From Calditrichia bacterium (GTDB taxonomy: Bacteria > Calditrichota > Calditrichia > RBG-13-44-9 > J075): a stretch of DNA of 64,000 bases. Below are positions 59,289 to 64,000 of the stretch, one piece after another. Position 1 is the stretch's first letter. Every line of letters starts with the position of its first letter. The stretch covers positions 1,015 to 65,014 of the forward strand of contig JANQQU010000087.1 of the NCBI GenBank assembly GCA_028284905.1, in the 5' to 3' direction. The notes under the pieces were generated by a model. It was given only the letters and a program-made list of their open reading frames with translations. It was not told where the DNA came from and did not search any database. Made by a program: the position numbers and the translations under genes.

Positions 59289-60653
59289 ATGAAAACATTA
59301 CAAAAAGTTATCTGGCACGAGGGGATGTTTTTAAAACCCCATCATTTTCAACAGGCGGAGCGCCATGGGCAAATTATGCTGAATGCGCGGATTCGTGCGG
59401 TGGCACGCCACGACTGGGGACTCTCGGAAATACAGATTGACCGGGCGGCGGTGGGCAATGGGGAAATCAATTTACTGAGTTGCCGGGGCGTATTGCCGGA
59501 TGGGTTGGCCTTTGACGCCCCGGAAATACATCCGCTGCCGGCGGCGCAAAGCTTTCAAAAAATTTTTACCCCGAAGTTACAGGAGCTTGGCGTTTTCCTG
59601 GTGATTCCCCGGGAAAAACCTGCTGGGGGAAATTGCCAGATGAATGGCAAAGCAAACGGCGATGCGACCCGTTACCAATTGCAGCAAATCGAATTGCGCG
59701 ATGATAATTCCGGAGAGAACGAACAGGATATCGCTATCGGGCTGCCTAATTTGCAGATTCGTTTTGGGAAGGATTTGCCCCCCGGCTTTACCGGCATTCA
59801 GATTGCCCGCCTGGTTCGGCAGGAAAATGATCAGATTACCCTGGACGAACGCTTTGTGCCGCCTTGTCTTCACCTGAAAGCTTCGCCTCCGTTGGCGGTT
59901 ATTTTAAAAAGCTTGTTGGGATTTCTTCTGGAAAAAAGCAGCACCCTTAGCGAGCGGCGGCAGCGCCAGAGCAGCGGGCAGGTGACTTTTAGCAATGTCG
60001 ATGTAAAAACCTTTTGGCTGCTCCATACCGTCAATTCCTTTATTCCCCTGCTCAATCATCTTGAGCGCTTGCCGGTGCCGGGCTGCCATCCGGAGGAGCT
60101 TTATCAGCAGATGCTTACCCTCGCCGGTCAGTTGAAATCTTTCTCGGATAGTAGCGATATGAGCTTCCCCCGCTACGAACACCAGCAACTTAAGAAATGT
60201 TTTTATAGCCTCTACAATGAGATCCGCAAATTGCTCGATCAGGCCGTGCCGCCGGCGAATTACCTGCGCATTCCCCTCACCAGCCGGGATCGCTCGCTTT
60301 ACGCCGGACAGATTGTCGATGAATCATTATTCCGGGGCAACACTTTCTACCTGGTGATGCGTGGGGAATTTAACGAACGGCAAATTGAGCAGGATCTGCC
60401 GATGCATATCAAAATTGGTAGCCCGGATGAAATTCAGCAGCTGGCGGAGTCAGCGGTGCAAGGTGTGAAGATTAGTAGCGTTTCCCGTCCGCCGGTGGGG
60501 CCGCCGAGTGGGCCGGGCTTGCATTATTTTCGTCTCAATCCGTCGGGGATTTACTGGGATAATGTTCGGCGCAGTCAACGTATTGCGATTCTTTTTCCCG
60601 CTGCCTATAAGGCCCTGACGCCGATGTTGTTGGCGGTTCAGGAGAATGGTTAA
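59289..60653 (+). CDS. tssK: Type VI secretion baseplate subunit TssK (VasE/ImpJ family), no other T6SS gene in the window
   Basis: KVIWHEGMFLKPHHFQQ, GVLPDG, LDERFVPPCL, HPEELY, YEHQQL motifs. Confidence 0.85.
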   Translation: MKTLQKVIWHEGMFLKPHHFQQAERHGQIMLNARIRAVARHDWGLSEIQIDRAAVGNGEINLLSCRGVLPDGLAFDAPEIHPLPAAQSFQKIFTPKLQELGVFLVIPREKPAGGNCQMNGKANGDATRYQLQQIELRDDNSGENEQDIAIGLPNLQIRFGKDLPPGFTGIQIARLVRQENDQITLDERFVPPCLHLKASPPLAVILKSLLGFLLEKSSTLSERRQRQSSGQVTFSNVDVKTFWLLHTVNSFIPLLNHLERLPVPGCHPEELYQQMLTLAGQLKSFSDSSDMSFPRYEHQQLKKCFYSLYNEIRKLLDQAVPPANYLRIPLTSRDRSLYAGQIVDESLFRGNTFYLVMRGEFNERQIEQDLPMHIKIGSPDEIQQLAESAVQGVKISSVSRPPVGPPSGPGLHYFRLNPSGIYWDNVRRSQRIAILFPAAYKALTPMLLAVQENG

Positions 60654-60675
60654 GGTAATGAGCAGTTTGTTTATT

Positions 60676-60927
60676 GCCACGGATGGCACGGATATTCACG
60701 GATTTTTGTTGGGTATTGTTCGTCGGGATGATTTTTTATTGGCAAATATGTCGTCCCTGTAGGGCTTTTGGGGGTTAGATTAGGTAGCCCGGGGCAACGC
60801 GCCGGGAATATTCGCATCCAGAAAAGATTATTGCCCTGAAAGGGCTACATAGAAATATCAAATCATTCACATTTTTTATGAATAATTTTTATCAAATATC
60901 CGTGTTGATCCGTGTAAATCCGTGGCT
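60676..60927. repeat. Nested REP-like structure: cacgga-type arms enclosing a gccctgaaagggc-type palindrome pair
   Basis: gccacggatggcacggatattcacgga ... atccgtgttgatccgtgtaaatccgtggct outside; tatgtcgtccctgtagggc (~60748) and gccctgaaagggctacata (~60851) inside. Confidence 0.65.
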
Positions 60928-61059
60928 ATAGAAAAACATCTCATTATCGCAAACATTAAAAAATTCCAGGACAGGCAATTTTCTTTTGGGTAAAACCGTG
61001 CCTTTTTGTAGATTGTAACCCAACTCTTAAACACGAATAAAATTAGCCCGTACGTACCG

Positions 61060-62949
61060 ATGGATCACCAGCAAAAAAAACAATTGGTGGCTGCCTTACT
61101 TCGATTGCCTTCGATGAGCGATCCGGAGACACGCAGCGATGTTGTCAATAATCTTCGCGATGATATTAAAAACAATATCCGGCGCAGAAGTAAAGCGCAG
61201 AATGAAGTGCTGAATATTGTCGAAAGCTGCCTGAATTATACCGGCGGCGTTGATGAATTGATCAAGGTATTGCGGGATCTATTTGAAAGAGACTCCCTTC
61301 CCCAGCAGGCGCTGGAAAAAACCTGGCAGGAAATCGCAACTTCGCAAAGTAATGCAGTACCTGAGATTTCACCGCCAGCACCTTCAACGGCAATGCCCGC
61401 AGCAGCTGGGGCGACCGGAAAAGAAAAGCGCATTTTCATCAGCTATAAAAACGAAGCAACACCGGATGAAGCCGTTGCCGAGGCTGTGCACCAGGCATTG
61501 CGCGAGCACGGCTATTACGTTTTTATCGACAAGGATATGCCGGTGGGCACGGAATGGGGGCGGCGTATTGAGGCCGAAATTCGTCAGGCGGATTTTCTCA
61601 TCCCTTTCCTTTCCCGCCATTCCGTCAACAGCGAAATGGTGCTGAGTGAAATTGAAAAAGCCTATCACCTCTCCAAAGAACAAGCGGGTCGTCCGGTTAC
61701 CTTGCCGGTGCGAGTGGCTTACCAGGAAGCTTTCCGTTATCCGCTTAGCGCCTATTTGAATCACATTAACTGGGCCAGTTGGGAAAAAGAAGGGGATACC
61801 CAAGCGCTCATCGCGGAGTTATTGCGCGCGATTGAAGGGCAGCCGCTACCGGAAAAGCGCGCCGTTGAGCCACCGCCTGCAACAGAAATGAGCGAAGATA
61901 ACGGTGATCCTCACTATGCCGCCCAGCCGTTCCCGGAAATGCCCGAAGGCACCATGGCGGCCGATTCCCGCTTTTATATCGAACGACCGGCGGACGATGT
62001 CGCCCTGAAGGCCATCGCGACCCAGGGCGTGACGATCACCATTCAGGCGCCGCGCCAGATGGGAAAAAGTTCTTTGCTTATCCGCATTATGCACAGCGCG
62101 GAGCAGCTGGGGAAAAAAGTAGTCTTTATGGATTTTCAGCTCTTTGACCGCATTACCCTGGAAAATATCGACAGCTTCCTCTACCAATTTTGCGAAGACC
62201 TCACTTACGAACTCGATCTGGAGAGCAAGCTGGACGAATACTGGCGCCCGGGCATCAGCAAGCCGTTGGCTTGTACCCGTTACCTGGAGCGTTACATTCT
62301 AAAAAACATCGAACAGCCGCTGTTGCTGGCGTTGGATGAAGTAGATACCCTTTTCGACAAATCCTATCGTTCGGATTTTTTCGGGATGCTCCGTAGCTGG
62401 TACAACAAGCGCAGCTCTAAACCACTTTGGAAACAGCTCGATCTCGCTTTGGTCACTTCCACCGAACCGTATCAGTTGATCGATAACCGCAACCAGTCGC
62501 CCTTTAATGTCGGGACCAATCTGCGTTTGCCGGATTTTAGCAGCGATCAGGTGGAAAAACTCAACGAGTTCTACGGCAATCCTTTGAAACCGCACATGAT
62601 TGCAGACCTGATGACCTTACTGCACGGCCATCCCTACCTGGTGCGCCGCGCCCTCTTCTGGGTGGTCAGCGGGCAAGGAGATGCCGGCAATCTCTTTCAC
62701 CGAGCGATTGAAGAGCAGGGGCCGTTCGGCGATCATCTCCGCTATCATCTCTTCCGGCTGCATGAACGTCCCGCTTTAGAGACGGCAATGCTAGAGATCA
62801 TTGCGGCGCAGACCTGCCAGGATGACGACCTTTATTTCCGCCTGGAAGCAGCGGGACTGGTGCGCCGGGAAGGACGAAAATCCCTGCCTCGTTGCGGACT
62901 CTATAAAGAATATTTTCGGGAACGCCTGCGGGTAAACGACAATGACTGA
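61060..62949 (+). CDS. EAD2-like domain, TIR domain and AAA_35-type NTPase
   Basis: N-terminal LVAALLRLPSM...IVESCLNYTGG (EAD2-like); TIR RIFISY...VFID...SEMVLSEI; YIERPAD, APRQMGKSSL, LALDEVD. Confidence 0.78.
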   Translation: MDHQQKKQLVAALLRLPSMSDPETRSDVVNNLRDDIKNNIRRRSKAQNEVLNIVESCLNYTGGVDELIKVLRDLFERDSLPQQALEKTWQEIATSQSNAVPEISPPAPSTAMPAAAGATGKEKRIFISYKNEATPDEAVAEAVHQALREHGYYVFIDKDMPVGTEWGRRIEAEIRQADFLIPFLSRHSVNSEMVLSEIEKAYHLSKEQAGRPVTLPVRVAYQEAFRYPLSAYLNHINWASWEKEGDTQALIAELLRAIEGQPLPEKRAVEPPPATEMSEDNGDPHYAAQPFPEMPEGTMAADSRFYIERPADDVALKAIATQGVTITIQAPRQMGKSSLLIRIMHSAEQLGKKVVFMDFQLFDRITLENIDSFLYQFCEDLTYELDLESKLDEYWRPGISKPLACTRYLERYILKNIEQPLLLALDEVDTLFDKSYRSDFFGMLRSWYNKRSSKPLWKQLDLALVTSTEPYQLIDNRNQSPFNVGTNLRLPDFSSDQVEKLNEFYGNPLKPHMIADLMTLLHGHPYLVRRALFWVVSGQGDAGNLFHRAIEEQGPFGDHLRYHLFRLHERPALETAMLEIIAAQTCQDDDLYFRLEAAGLVRREGRKSLPRCGLYKEYFRERLRVNDND

Positions 62950-64000
62950 TCAAACAAAAACAATTTATGCCGTCGGGGGGACGGTGCAGGCCAAGGGGGG
63001 AATTTACATCTCCCGCCAGGCGGATGAAGAGCTGCTCGCCCATTGCCGGCAGGGCAACTATGCCTACGTATTGAACGCCCGCCAGATGGGAAAATCCAGC
63101 CTGATTGCCCATACCTGCGAACGGCTGGATGATGATATTCATACCGTTAATATCGACCTCACCGACATCGGCACCACTATTAACGAAGAAGAATTTTATC
63201 TCGGCATCTTAACCATGATCGCCGACGAGCTAGACCTGGAGAGCGACATTTACGACTGGTGGCAGGCGCAGGCCCATCTCGGGAAAACCCAGCGTTTTAG
63301 CCGCTACCTCCGTTCGGTGGTTCTAGAAGAGATTGCCGGACCGGTAATCATTTTTATTGACGAGATCGATACCACACTTAGCCTACCAAGTTTTACCGAC
63401 GATTTTTTTGCCGCGATTCGCGCGCTTTACAACGCCCGCGCCACCGACCCGGCCCTGGCACGGCTCTCCTTTGTGCTGATTGGGGTGGCCCATCCCGGGG
63501 ATTTAATTAGCGACCCGGCCCGCACCCCCTTTAATATCGGGGAACGGATTATTTTGCGGGATTTTACCCTGGCAGAAGCAGAACCGCTGGCCGGCGGGCT
63601 GGGGAATGACGCCAGCGAAGGAACGCGCATTTTAAAAGAGATATTCCAGTGGACCAACGGCCATCCCTATCTCACCTTGCGCCTCTGCGATGCTTTGACG
63701 AATAAAGCGGCAGCTTATAATGACTGGACGCTGCCGGCCCTGGTAGAAACCCTCTTTTTTAGTGAAGAAAGTGCCAAAGACAGCAACCTGGAATTTGTGC
63801 GGGACAAGCTCACCGATGACGCCCCGCCGGGGAAGCAAGCGGAACTGCTAAGAATCTACCGGCGGGTTTTTCTCTCTTTTCTTCGGGAAAAAGATGAAGA
63901 ACAATCCCGCCTGAAAAACCATTTAAAGCTGGCCGGGGTAATTCGTGCGGAGAATGGTTACTTGAAAGTACGTAACAAGATTTACCGCCGGGCCTTTAAC
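62942..64000 (+). CDS. AAA_35-type NTPase, partial, runs off the right edge
   Basis: Hand translation from ATG at 62942 (overlapping the previous stop): YAVGGTVQAKGGIYISRQAD, NARQMGKSSL, IFIDEID, TPFNIG, GHPYLT. Not in the ORF track. Confidence 0.85.
   Translation, partial: MTDQTKTIYAVGGTVQAKGGIYISRQADEELLAHCRQGNYAYVLNARQMGKSSLIAHTCERLDDDIHTVNIDLTDIGTTINEEEFYLGILTMIADELDLESDIYDWWQAQAHLGKTQRFSRYLRSVVLEEIAGPVIIFIDEIDTTLSLPSFTDDFFAAIRALYNARATDPALARLSFVLIGVAHPGDLISDPARTPFNIGERIILRDFTLAEAEPLAGGLGNDASEGTRILKEIFQWTNGHPYLTLRLCDALTNKAAAYNDWTLPALVETLFFSEESAKDSNLEFVRDKLTDDAPPGKQAELLRIYRRVFLSFLREKDEEQSRLKNHLKLAGVIRAENGYLKVRNKIYRRAFN

Noticed and set aside
59289-60653. Calling the region a type VI secretion locus
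   Set aside because: Only tssK is present in the window.
15558-60927. CRISPR array from the recurring cacgga units
   Set aside because: Units form isolated inverted-repeat pairs with no regular repeat-spacer periodicity and no cas genes.
442-63838. Numerous short antisense or alternate-frame ORFs in the track
   Set aside because: They overlap well-supported genes and lack family motifs.

Overview
Bacterial window. Repeated YPNPFNP C-terminal sorting domains, a PorV-like barrel and a SusD-free TonB module suggest an FCB-group lineage such as Calditrichota/KSB1 (inference). It has three blocks separated by two 3' fragments of tRNA-Phe that look like tandem integration (att) junctions. (1) 1-12.4 kb: a mannoside-uptake operon (ABC binding-protein/permease fusion, Thr-type sulfatase-like enzyme, GH2, manA), a TonB receptor behind a Cys/His-rich putative leader peptide, a dead sorting-domain remnant and an SDR. 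(2) 12.4-52.0 kb: a ~39.5 kb block that reads as a carrageenan-utilisation locus (4 GH16, 2 GH167-like, GH127, 3 Cys-type sulfatases, anhydrogalactose dehydrogenase/cycloisomerase-like pair, HpcH aldolase, MFS, galT/galK, TBDR-CTD protein-PorV module, two FadR regulators with a visible shared operator). (3) 52.0-64 kb: an AT-richer conflict/signalling block with a CHAT protease-STAND NTPase-histidine-kinase-module fusion facing a receiver and a GAF kinase, an orphan tssK, and an EAD2-TIR-AAA/AAA gene pair. All family calls come from reading motifs by eye; no database searches were run.
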